Assembly (NCBI GenBank): GCA_964016885.1
Contig: OZ024741.1
Location: 385,950,001 to 386,014,000, forward strand
Length of the DNA: 64,000 nt
Direction: 5' to 3'
Origin: Eledone cirrhosa
Lineage: Eukaryota
The translations under genes were made by a program, and so were the position numbers. Numbering within the stretch: the stretch's first letter is position 1; the number at the start of each line of letters is the position of its first letter. The notes beneath the pieces are model-generated. The model did not search any database. It had not been told where the DNA came from and saw only the letters and a program-made list of their open reading frames with translations. Below are positions 45,401-56,600 of the stretch, one piece after another.

Positions 45401-48400
45401 TCATCATCATCATCAACGTTTAACGTCCGTGTTCCACGCTTGCATGGGTTTGGACGGGGGTAGTCCCACTTGAGGCAAGAGTGATTGTCTTGCTCGCATA
45501 GGACTGTCTGGCAGGTTTTCTACAGTTGGATGCCCTTCCTAACACCAACCACATTTACAGTGTGGGTCTGGGAGGTTTTTACCGTGTTGCCTACACGGCC
45601 ACATTACAGCGTGGACTGTGTGTTTTTTTGTCGTGACACCTACACGATCTCATTTGTTTCGGCCTATGGCGCGGCCCCAACATAACTTTACATAGAACGG
45701 GGTGGTGTGGATGGGGTGGGGGGTGGTGGTGGTGGGACGGGGTGTATTTTGTTAGAGATGCCTACTGGTTGGAGTAGGTTTTACTATATATTTAGGTAAG
45801 GCGGGTCTTCTCTGTTACTGAGTACCGCCAAAGGTCTCGGTCCAGTGACATTGTCTTGGAGAGGTGTAAGTGTGTGATGTCGGAGTTTATCAGCTCGTCC
45901 CAGGTTTTTCTAGGTCTGCCTATTCCGTGACTACCGTCTATCTTTATTGCCCTGCACTTTGTTATACAGCTATCGACTTTCATGCGCATCACGTGTCCAT
46001 ACCAACGTAGCCTTCTCTCGAGTAAACAACATCTGATCCCTCTTATCTCTAATTTTTTCCTTAGTTCGTTTATGCTTTGCCGTTCACGTATATTACTGTT
46101 ACACATCCAGCGGAGCATGCAAGCTTCGTTCCTCTCTAGTCTGCGTATATCCTCTGCACACAATGCCCAGGTCTCACTGCCATGCAGCATTGCTGTTCGT
46201 ATGCAGGCATCGTACAACCTGCCTTTCATTTTTAGGGAGAACCCTTTAGCAGCTAATAGTAGTATAAGCTCTCTGAACTTTTTCCAACCAGTTCTGACTC
46301 TAGCTACAGTACTTTCAGAGCACCCTCCCCCACTGCTGATTTTATCGCCCAGGTAACGGAAGCTGTCCACTATTTCTATAGAACCCTCTGCGCAATTGAA
46401 GGAGCTAGTATTTTGTGGGCACTTGCTGCTACTTATTGCACCAGAACACCGGCCACATGTAAAATCTATGTTCTTAGTTAGCTTACCTGTGATCCCACTA
46501 CATCTTTTATGCACCCATACTTTGCATTTAGGACATAAAATGGAGTTTCTACCTACACCTTTCCTACACACCGAGCACGACCATTTCCCAGAAGGGACCG
46601 CCGCCTTGTTTTCTTTCCTACAAACTAGAACTTTGGTCTTAGCCAGGTTAATTTTAAGTCCTTTTGACTCTAGGCCGTGCTTCCATGTTTGGAATTTCTT
46701 CTCTAGCTCGGCCATTGATTCCGCTATGAGTGTCAGGTCGTCTGCGTATAGGAGTTCCCATGGGCAGCCTGTCTTGAACTCCTCTGTTATAGCCTGAAGG
46801 GCAATAATAAATAGTAGGGGGCTGAGAACAGAGCCCTGATGGACGCCAACTTTTATGCTAAACTCTTCACTATATTCGTTGTTAATTCTAACCTTGCTGA
46901 CTGTTTCTTTATACATGGCTTGTATAGCCCTCACAAGCCATTCGTCAACGCCTAGTTTTCTAAGAGCCCACCAGATAATGGAGCGGGGGACTCTGTTGAA
47001 GGCTTTCTCCAAGTCGACAAAAGCTAAGTAGAGGGGTTTACCTTTAGCTAGGTACTTCTCCTGTAGTTGTCGTACTATGAAAGAGCGTCTGTGGTACTTT
47101 CGCCTGACACAAACCCGAACTGCATTTCATCTAGGTCGATTCTCTCTCTGATTAGTTGCGCTATTACTTTTTCCGTGACCTTCATGACCTGGTCAATTAA
47201 TTTAATGCCTCTATAGTTACTCCTATCTAGGGCGTCTCCTTTACCCTTATAACAGTTAACGATGATGCTGCTATGCCAGTCCTTCGGAACAACCCCATTC
47301 TGTACGACTTGGTTAACTATGCGGGTGACCATGGTGTGTCCCACCGTGCCAGATGCCTTCAGCATCTCAGCAACTATTTCCGAAGGTCCAGCCGCCTTAC
47401 CCGTCTTCATATCCTTGATTGCCTTACTTATTATACTCCCCTCGACTAACACTGCTGGTCCCTCTATTGGGTCGATATGGGGGAGACTGTCTTTCTCCCA
47501 TTTATTCTCCTCATTTAGTAGCCTTTCGTAGTGACACTTCCAAGCTACCTTCTTATCAGCGTCGGTGATGGCAAGTGTGCCATCGTCGTTTAGTACACAC
47601 TTCTCCCCGACAATATCACGGTTTTCCTTGACGCATTGCCTAGCAATCCTGAACACCTCACGTTTTTGGTCATCGCGTTGTAGAACATGCTTGAACTTTC
47701 TTTCCTCAGCTTCCCTTCTTGCTAAGTACACTTGTCTCCTAGCTTCCCTCCTGGCCACTTGATAGTCTTCTCTACTTCCCCCATCCCGCCATACTTTCCA
47801 AGCCTGCTTTTTGGCCTTAATTGACCCCTCCACCTTACTGTTCCACCACCATGTTACTCTCCTCCTGCCTACAGGCCTGCTCCAGCCACAGACTTCGTCT
47901 GTCGCCAACAGCAGGTTTGCTTTCAGAAATTCCCACTCTCCCTCTATATTGTCCGACTCTAAATGTTCTTCCTTACTGTCGAAAGCATCAAGTAATATGC
48001 TTTGAAATTTATTCCTGGCTCTGGGGTCCTTTAGCTTCCATATTTTTCTCCTGAGGATAGTCCTCTTCTGCTGTCGAGTACGTCTCGTCCTGACTATGAG
48101 GTCGCTAATTATCAGTCTATGTTGGGAGGTGCATTCTTCATGGGGGAGGGATTTGGTGTTTACAACAGACACTCTGTCACGTCTTCTGGTAAGGATATAA
48201 TCTATCTGGCTTGTGTGTTCCCCGGATCTATAGGTGATCAGGTGATTGTCACGTTTTTTGAAGTTAGTGTTACAGATAGTTAGGTTATTTGCATCACAGA
48301 ATTCCAGGATTCTGGAGCCTTCCTCATTTCTAGTACCAAACCCATAGCCTCCATGGATTTCGTCGTAGCCGTCACAATGTTGTCCAACGTGACCATTTAG

Positions 48401-49230
48401 GTCGCCTGCAATAATTATATAGTCACTGTCGGATATTTGGGAGGTAGTTAGCATCAGTGTCTCATAGAATCTGTCTTTTATAGTGCCGGGCAGTCCGGAT
48501 TGGGGTGCGTACGCAGATATTACTGTCACCGTAGTTCTATTGAGGACAAGTCGTATTTTAATTATTCTGTCGTTCACTCTATTTACGTCTATTATCTTAT
48601 CTGCCCACTTTTCCGCTACCATGATTCCTACTCCACCCAGCCCATCGTCGTTTCCCACCCAGAAAAGCTTATAACATCGTTTTTTACCCTCAATGAATCT
48701 AGCAGACCCACCCCTCCACCTGGTCTCTTGAATACAACAAACATCGACCTCCTTACGTTCAAGCATTTCTACAACCTCGTTAGCGCGACCCTTTAGGGTG
48801 CCTACATTTATGGTACCAACTCTGAAGTTTTGGATTGCGTTTGGGGGTTGGGGGCGGTGGGGGCCGGGGGGCGATGGGGTTATGTTAGCCGTCCGCGGTC
48901 GAAACAATGAGGAGTGCTCGCATTCTCGTCCAAGAGGTGAACTTGTCTTTATCTTTGGCATTGCCGCTGAGCGTCCAGATTTTTCTCTCTCTCTCCTCCA
49001 CTTTCCAGGATTCCGCAGTCCATCCATCCATCCATCCATCATATATCGAAAGGCAAGCGATAGTATAGGCCTCTGGCTTCTGATTGGTCCGCGTAATAAT
49101 AATACTGGTGATGCGTGGGGGCTCTGGCTTATGATTGGTCCACGTAATAGCAATGGTAGTGCATGGGGGCGAGAGGGAGGGGTGTTGGGTAGCTAGATAG
49201 AAGGTAATGATTGAATGGGGTCCTTGCATT
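45401..49230 (-). mobile_element. Full-length RTE LINE with a single frameshift (PHD-insert family)
   Basis: ORFs 47075..49153 (692 aa) and 45792..47012 (406 aa) are joined by one added T near 47080. (GAT)n tail; the 5' boundary is approximate. Confidence 0.96.
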
Positions 49231-49239
49231 TAACAAGCG

Positions 49240-49982
49240 ATTAACAAAAATACACAATTTGTTTTGTATATTGATATTAATAAAAAAAATAATAATCATC
49301 TTTTTTTTTATTTTAGAGAACTTCTTCAAATTTCATATAGCTTAGAGCCTCAGCAGATGAAAGTTCAGCCCTGGTTGTGGAACTGTGTTAATAAGACAAC
49401 AGAAAAATGTAAAACTGAAGTTGTGGCCACTACATGAAGAGTGAAAAAAAATGTAGTGTGCTTTAGCTGAGCAATGAAAATATACCCCTCGACCTCTGCC
49501 TTAGCTGAAAAGTGAAAACATTGCTAGCCTTCAGCAGTCTGTTAGCTCTCGTCACTTTATCTGATCAGTGTAAAGACGTTTCTGGTCCTCAGCAGTCTGT
49601 TAGCCAGTGTTGGCTTAACTGAGAAGTGAAAACACACCTCTGGTCCTCAGCAGTCTGTTAGTTAATATCACCTTAGCTGAGCAGTGAAAACACACCTGTG
49701 GGCTCTCAGCAGTTTGTTGGCGTTGGTCAGACTTTCACTTGCTGAGGCCCTAAGCTATGTGGAATTTGAAGTCCTTCTCTAAAAAAATATAATTATTATT
49801 TTTTATATTTATGTTAATGATAAAGAATGATATAAATTATATATATACAATTTTTAATGATTTAGTGTTAAAGAATAAATACTAATAATAAAATAAAAAT
49901 CTATTTTAAAACATGAGCCCCCTCCATCTTCCTTCGAGGGCGTGTGGCCCTAAGCTATAGCTTATAGATAAGTCCAGCACTG
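49240..49982. mobile_element. Fold-back MITE (hAT-like end) with internal ~60-bp tandem repeats
   Basis: Inverted arms at ~49270-49365 and ~49730-49820, with central CTTAGCTGAG...CAGCAGTCTGTTAG repeats. The terminus is GTCCAGCACTG. Confidence 0.6.
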
Positions 49983-50328
49983 GCTCTGTGTGACATGTAC
50001 TGGAGTTAAGTAAGAAGTATTAGTCTTATACAATAAGCAGTAGTCCTGTGTGATAAATAGTAGTTCTATCTGATAAGTACTGGCCTTATATATGTTCCAG
50101 TCCTATGTAATAAAGTACAAAGCGCTATATATTAAGTAGAAAAGAATTAGTCCCCACTTTCTCTTTTATTTTAAAAATCGCTGACCACATTAGAAGTACA
50201 AATGCTTGATAAAAAGAAAAGAAAAGAAATAAGACAAAAACTAACCAAAATTATTTCCAATGATCTTTTCGAACACTTTTTTTCTATAACTGTTTGCTAA
50301 ACTACCTATATTAATTTAGCTGTCAAGG

Positions 50329-50511
50329 GCGGTGGATTGGCAGTATCCGTAGAGGGTCGGACGCTATGCTTTCCAGCATAGTTACGTCCCTTTACGATCT
50401 GAGTTCAAATCCCGCCGAGGTTGACTTTGCCTTTCATCCTTACGGGGTCGATAAAATAAAGTACCAGTAATGCACTGGATAATTGCTGGCCTTGTGCCTA
50501 AAGTAGAAACA
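50329..50511 (+). mobile_element. Nin/Deu-domain tRNA SINE with a 19-bp TSD
   Basis: TSD ATTAATTTAGC(T/A)GTCAAGG at 50310-50328 and 50512-50530. Core GCCTTTCATCCTTACGGGGTCGATAAAATAAAGTACCAG. Confidence 0.88.
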
Positions 50512-50840
50512 ATTAATTTAGCAGTCAAGGAAGGAACCGTTTCGTGGTAGTAAAAGCAAATTATGGCACTACAACGCTATTAGCTGTCAGTCGAAGCAGG
50601 CGATGAAAGCGAAACATCGTTTATTTCCGTATTACTACCACGCGTAAGTGGAGTAACTTAAATGAAATTTTTTTTTTTCACGCGTTTTTTTTTATTTTTT
50701 ATTGAAGCATATAGAGGTAAGTGGAGTTACTTAAATGAAAATATAGGTGGCCCTTAAAAGGGCCAAATTAGAATATACCGCTGCGTTTTTACAGTTTTAC
50801 TAGTTACACATACACACACACACATATATATATATATACA

Positions 50841-50919
50841 CACGGTGTCCCCTCCAAAATATATACACACTTTGATTACTTTGCTGTTGAAGTGTGTATA
50901 CATTTTTTGGGACACTGTG
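50841..50919. mobile_element. Tiny Tc1/mariner-type MITE
   Basis: Inverted arms CACGGTGTCCC...TATACACACTT / AAGTGTGTATA...GGGACACTGTG in a TA-rich context. Confidence 0.55.
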
Positions 50920-50923
50920 TTTG

Positions 50924-50977
<54 letters not shown>

Positions 50978-51404
50978 GGGAAAGGAGAAATTTTTGGATG
51001 CTATACCTGACATAATAAAAAACCAAAATACACCCGGAATATCAATCACGAGAGTAGATAAATAAATATATAAATACATAAATAAGAAATGATATAAAAG
51101 GAAAAGAAAATCCCTACATTATGTAATATTCCCAGTCACCCCTCAATTTCAAAACCGGGAGGGGAAAGTCCGAGGGTTAAAATCCCAAATGATGGTACCT
51201 CAAATACTAGTGTATCCCTTCGCATTACAGTTTAAAGCAATACATATGATCGCTTTGATGACTCTTATTCGTTTCTAAGGGTCTCGTTTTTTTCTCTTCT
51301 TTCTATCATATATATATATGTCAAAATCTTTCCCTCTGTCTATCTCTTTCCCTCTCTGTCTATCTTTTGCCATAAAAACGATAATGATAATCAATTCAAT
51401 TAAG

Positions 51405-51466
<62 letters not shown>

Positions 51467-51624
51467 AGTATTATTATTAAAATTAAATACCATTTATTCT
51501 GCAGCAGAGAGCTTCATCTTCCCAGAATTGTAGTACTGGTCGTTATTGTATGTGTGTGTTTCTGCGTATATATATATATATATATATATATATGTGGTGT
51601 ATATACGCATTCACATATTTAGAG

Positions 51625-51758
51625 GTAATATCACGTGAACACAATCACGTGACAAATCACATTATTCTTTCAAAAGGAAAAGTTTGGCGCCATTTTTCTC
51701 CAGGGAATAGCGCGTCAACAAACGCAAGAGAAAAGAAGAAGCAAAAGATAAGAAAACG
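51625..51758 (+). promoter_or_regulatory. Candidate promoter and non-coding first exon
   Basis: Two TCACGTGA motifs (51631, 51645), overlapping TTTGGCGC (E2F-like) and GCGCCATTTT (YY1-like) at 51683-51696, a CG|GTAAAT donor at 51759, and local CpG enrichment. Confidence 0.5.
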
Positions 51759-52020
51759 GTAAATAATATCAGTTTCCATTTATTAATATATTGTATATAT
51801 ATGTATGTATGTATTCATATATATTTTTATTTGTCTGACCCGAATTTTCTTGGTCGTATTTTTGGCTGTGCGAATGATTTTTAAGCATCGTCTCAGTGTG
51901 TTGGTATTAAACGTTAATTATAGCTCTGGTTTATCCGAACCATTGAGCACTTTGCCGCACATTTCGAAGATTGTGTTTCGTTCTTTCGTGGGCCGAAGTT
52001 TCGATTCTCGATAATTTATT

Positions 52021-52055
<35 letters not shown>

Positions 52056-52067
<12 letters not shown>

Positions 52068-52274
52068 ATAGCTTTCACCGTATTTTTAACTAAAGGAATT
52101 TTAGCTTGATAACGGGGTTTAGAACCCTCAGATAAATGGAAAAAGATGAGTATTGACGTACATGGGAGTCGAACCCACATCTGTGGTTTTCCATTTATCT
52201 GAGGGTTCTAAACCCCGTTATCAAGCTAAAATTCCTTTAGTTAAAAATACGGTGAAAGCTATATATTTTCTAAT
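52056..52274. repeat. Perfect 88-bp inverted repeat with a 43-nt loop
   Basis: Arms 52056-52143 and 52187-52274. The loop holds a reverse-complement tRNA B-box (GGGAGTCGAACCC). Confidence 0.92.
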
Positions 52275-52321
52275 TTCAAACTCGCTCACTGTTTCAAAAC
52301 ATAATTACTTGCCATATATAT

Positions 52322-53025
52322 AATGAGAATCTAAATTATGTTAATTTTAAATCTAACTACCTCACTAACATTAAAAATGCTATAGTTAGTAATATTGGAA
52401 AAAGAATATCAAACCTATCATCTAATAAAAATATCTTTGATACTAACGCCAATTACTATAATAATGCGCTTTCTAAAGCCGGTTATCCTGATAAAATCAA
52501 ATACAGTAAAGAAACCAATCCTAGAAGATCTTACAGTAAAATAATTAATTATGAACATTCCAATAACAAATAAAAGACCTAGATACAAAAATATAATCTG
52601 GTATAATGCTCCTTTCTCTATTTCTATTAATAATAATATTCCTAAATTATTCTTAAATAAATGCTTCCCTTCTCCAACATTATCTCTAAACACAACAATA
52701 AAATATTAAATACTAAATCACTTCCTTCCAACACTGAATGTCATAATAATAGCAGTAGTACTCCCGACGTCATTGATAACTCCAGGCTAGTTTCTGCGAA
52801 CTCAAATACGACGTCAAACGTAACTTCGTCAAATGTTCTTAATACCAATCTAAATCAGGAAACTATTATTCCTATCGTAAATAACTTCTCCAATCCAATT
52901 CCTCCTATAGATAACACTAGGTCACTTGTTAATAACTCTGTTAATTTCTCTAATCGCAATTGTAATTGCCCTGTTAATAATAAATGTCCTCTCAACAACC
53001 ATTGTCTTGAAAAAAACTTAGTTGT
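52322..53025 (+). mobile_element. Penelope-like retroelement fragment (RT thumb, linker, Cys motif preceding GIY-YIG)
   Basis: Frameshifted pieces YVNFKSN...IGKRISNLSSNKNIFD...YNNALSKAGY, IIWYNAPFS, SNIISKHNNKIL and CNCPVNNKCPLNNHCLEKNLV. Confidence 0.85.
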
Positions 53026-53634
53026 TGAAGAATATATGAAACTTAGATGTTGAAGAATATATGAAAGAACTGCTTGATTCTTCTGACTCCCAAGTATAGA
53101 TATTTCTAAATCATTTACTTAAAGAATGGAAGACACCTGTAATAAAACAACTTGTCAACTCTAAACAGTCGACCAAACAAACCAGTGCCAGTAATTCTAA
53201 TAATCGACAAAAAACTCAGACACTACCATCTAAACTTTCCAACAATACAGAACCTTCCAAAAATATACCCATCTTTCTACCTTATTTCAATATTATTTAT
53301 TATACATTATATAATACTAGTTATTCATTCTATATCATTCCTATTTATCACTTTCCTTTCTTCCTCTTTTCTTTTAATTTCTAACCTCTAATCTGTATTT
53401 TTTCTTCCTAACTACTTCTCAATTCTTATTATTACTCACCACAACATATCCACTCTTCCATCTTTCTTCATATCATTGGCCATAAAAATTATTATTACCT
53501 TTTAAATACTTTATAGCATTACCTTTAAAAATCCTTCGTAAACATAAACATTTTTTTGACGTTAGATTATTCCTCCTCAGTTCATTATATTTTTCTCCCT
53601 TTCATGCTCGTCTGACTTTTACATATCACACATC

Positions 53635-56600
53635 TCAGACTCAGACTCAGAAGCTCCCGCGTCTTGCGACGCAGGAGGCAATCATAGTGTTCCACCGCGT
53701 TCGGTCAGCAGCCAGTTGCACAGCGTCCCGCCATTGTCTCCTTGTCGCTCGCAGGTCCCTCCCAACTGTCTGGCGCCAGTTCATTTTGGGTCGCCCTCTC
53801 CGTCTGCTTCCCTGTGGGTTCCATTTAAGTACTTGGTTCGCCAGTCTCTCCGGGGGAAGTCTCAAAGCGTGCCCAAACCAGACCAGGCGTCGCTTGCAGA
53901 TGGCAGAAGAGACCAGCTGCTGGTTGGTGCGGTTCCTGACTTCCTGGTTTGTTACATGGTCACTCCATTTAATCCCCAGGATCTTTCGCAGACACCTGGA
54001 ATCGAATGCGTCCAACTTCTTCTCTCAGCTGGTCTTAAGGTGCCATGTTTCACTTCCGTACAAGAGTGTGGACAGCACGTTGCTGTTGTAGAATCTCATC
54101 TTTGTTTTGAGAGTGAACTTCCTGCTCTTCCAGATCTTGACAAACTGGTTAAATGCTGCTGAAGCCTTTCCCATTCTACATTGCAATTCACTGTTCATGG
54201 CGCCCCCATTGTCAATGGAGCTTCCTAGGTAGGTGAAGTTGTCCACTATCTCCACCTCCCCCTGTTCAATGAAAATACTAGTTGGTGATGGGTGTGTCCC
54301 AGATAACATGCTTTTGGTCTTCTTAGCACTGATATTGAGACCTAAGCTTCCTGCTTCGACACTGATATTGTTCATAATGATTTGCAGGTCAGCTGTGCTC
54401 TCTGCAAGTGCAACAATATCGTCCGCAAAGTCCAGGTCAAACAACTTTTGCTCTCCCACCCAAGATATACCCTGGTCTTTAGACGCTCTTCTTAGTACCC
54501 AGTCAATGGCTATGGCAAAGAGAATTGGAGAGAGCGAGCAACCATGACGCACACCAGTAACCACCTCAAACCAGTCACTGTAACCATCCTCTGTCCGTAT
54601 GCAGCACTTGGAGTTTGCGTAAATCTGTTTGATTGCCGAAATGACTTTCTGGGGCAGACCATACTCATGCATGATGCTCCAGAGTGACGGTCGATGAATT
54701 CTATCGAATGCTTTGGAAAAATCGATGAAGCTGACGGCGAGGGGCCTCTGGAATTCGTTGTACCTCTCAATGATGCAGCGTAACGTAAAGATCTGCTCTG
54801 CACAGGAACGTTTTGGTCGGAACCCTGACTGTTGTTCTCGCAGTTCCCGGTCTATCATGCCACGTATGCGGTTCAGGATCATCAGACAATAGACCTTCCT
54901 TGGTATGGAGAGAAGTGTCACTCCTCTCCAGTTGTCACAATCGGCAAGGTTGCCCTTCTTGGGGATACAGACAACCGCTCCGTTTCTCCAATCTTCTGGG
55001 ACTTCACCCGTGTTCCACACAAGATTACATAAGTGGCCCATCCACTTGACCATGCTTTCGCCTCCTGACTTCAGCATTTCAGCAGAAATGTCATCCATAC
55101 CTGGTGACTTGTTATTCTTAAGGGTTTTGATGGCCATGCGGACTTCCTTCTCGGTGAAGTCATCAGTATTGGTAGGCAACAAACTAGTAGGTTCCTTAGT
55201 GTCTGCTGGCACACGTGGGTCCGGTCGGTTGAGGACTTCCTTGAAATGTTCAGCCCATCTGACTAACTTTTCTTCACCCTTGGAAAGCAGCGTACCATCT
55301 TTCGCTTTCACCGGGCCTGAGTTAGCTCTAGAGCTGCCGGTGATTTTCTTGGCAATTTGGTACACAGAGCGCATGTCATTGCGTGCCGCAGCTGCTTCCG
55401 CCTCCTCTGCCTTACCCTCAAGCCACATTCGTTTTTCCTTTTGGGCGCTGCGTTTCACCTCCTTGTCCTTGTCAACATACTGCTGATATACCTTGATGGC
55501 CTCTGGAGTAGTGGCATGCCTCTGCTGGTGTAGGGCTTTCCTTTCATTAATCAGCTGCCAGGTGTTGTCGCTGACCCAAGCTTCTCTGAGGGACTTCCTG
55601 TAGCCCAGGATTTCTTCCCCTGCAGCTTCCATGGTCTTCTTCATTTCCTCCCACCAATTGACCGAACCTGGTGCAAACTCCTCAAGGACAGCAAATCTGT
55701 TCCTCAAAGCAGCCTCGAACTGTGCTTCTGTGTCACCGTTCTTCAGCTTGGTAGTGTCAAAACGCCTTGTAGTGAGTGCTCTCTTCTTCTGCTTCCTCAG
55801 TCTGATTTTAAGTTTGGTAACAGACAGATAGTGGTCACTGCAGACATCTGCGCCCCGGTAGACTCGGACGTCCTGCAGGCAAGGAGCTCTCCAACTTGGG
55901 CCAATCGCAATGTGGTCTATTTGCGTCTTGGTCTTGTGGTCGTTCGAAGCCCATGTGACCTTGTGGATGTTCTTGTGGTCAAATAGTGACGAGCCGATTT
56001 TCATATTGTTCATGGCACAGAACTGGACAAACATGTCCCCGTTGTCTGTGCGGTTTCCATAAGCATGGGGGCCAAGGACATGTTCAAAGCCAACCCTGCG
56101 TCCCCCAATCTGTGCGTTCATGTCTCCCATGATGATCAGGATGTCATGACGTGGGGTTTTGTTTACAAGATCTTGTAGTTGCTGGTAGAAAGCGTCCTTG
56201 TCATCATCGTTATGTTCGTTGGTTGGAGCATAGCACTGAGCTATGGTGACCTTTGCATGTGTAGTGACCTACATTCCGCGGGCTCACATACATTCTCTGT
56301 GCGTGATTTGGCTCAGTTCAGCCAATCAGCGCCAGTAGAAGAGGATGTATCCCTACGCGCCCTGAGGAAGAAATTCCCCGCGAAGATTTGAAGAATCTCT
56401 CTCTTGTACCGGAAACTTCAAGCCATCAACACGCATAATGTAACAGTGAGATATTGCACCCCTAGCCTCGCCGGCTTAACGGCGCAATGGCACATTCCCT
56501 TTTGTAACCTCTTTTTATCTGTAACTTCAACCATATAAATAAACAGACATTTCATCTCTAATTGCTGCTGTTGAAATCGTTATTATGTTACTCGTGTCAC

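Noticed and set aside
45982-48796. Antisense ORFs opposite RTE coding regions
   Set aside because: They are shadow ORFs of the LINE frame with no independent motifs.
50543-50642. 11-bp inverted repeat CGTGGTAGTAA/TTACTACCACG around a CpG-rich 100-bp segment
   Set aside because: It is too short, with no TSD or second copy, to classify.
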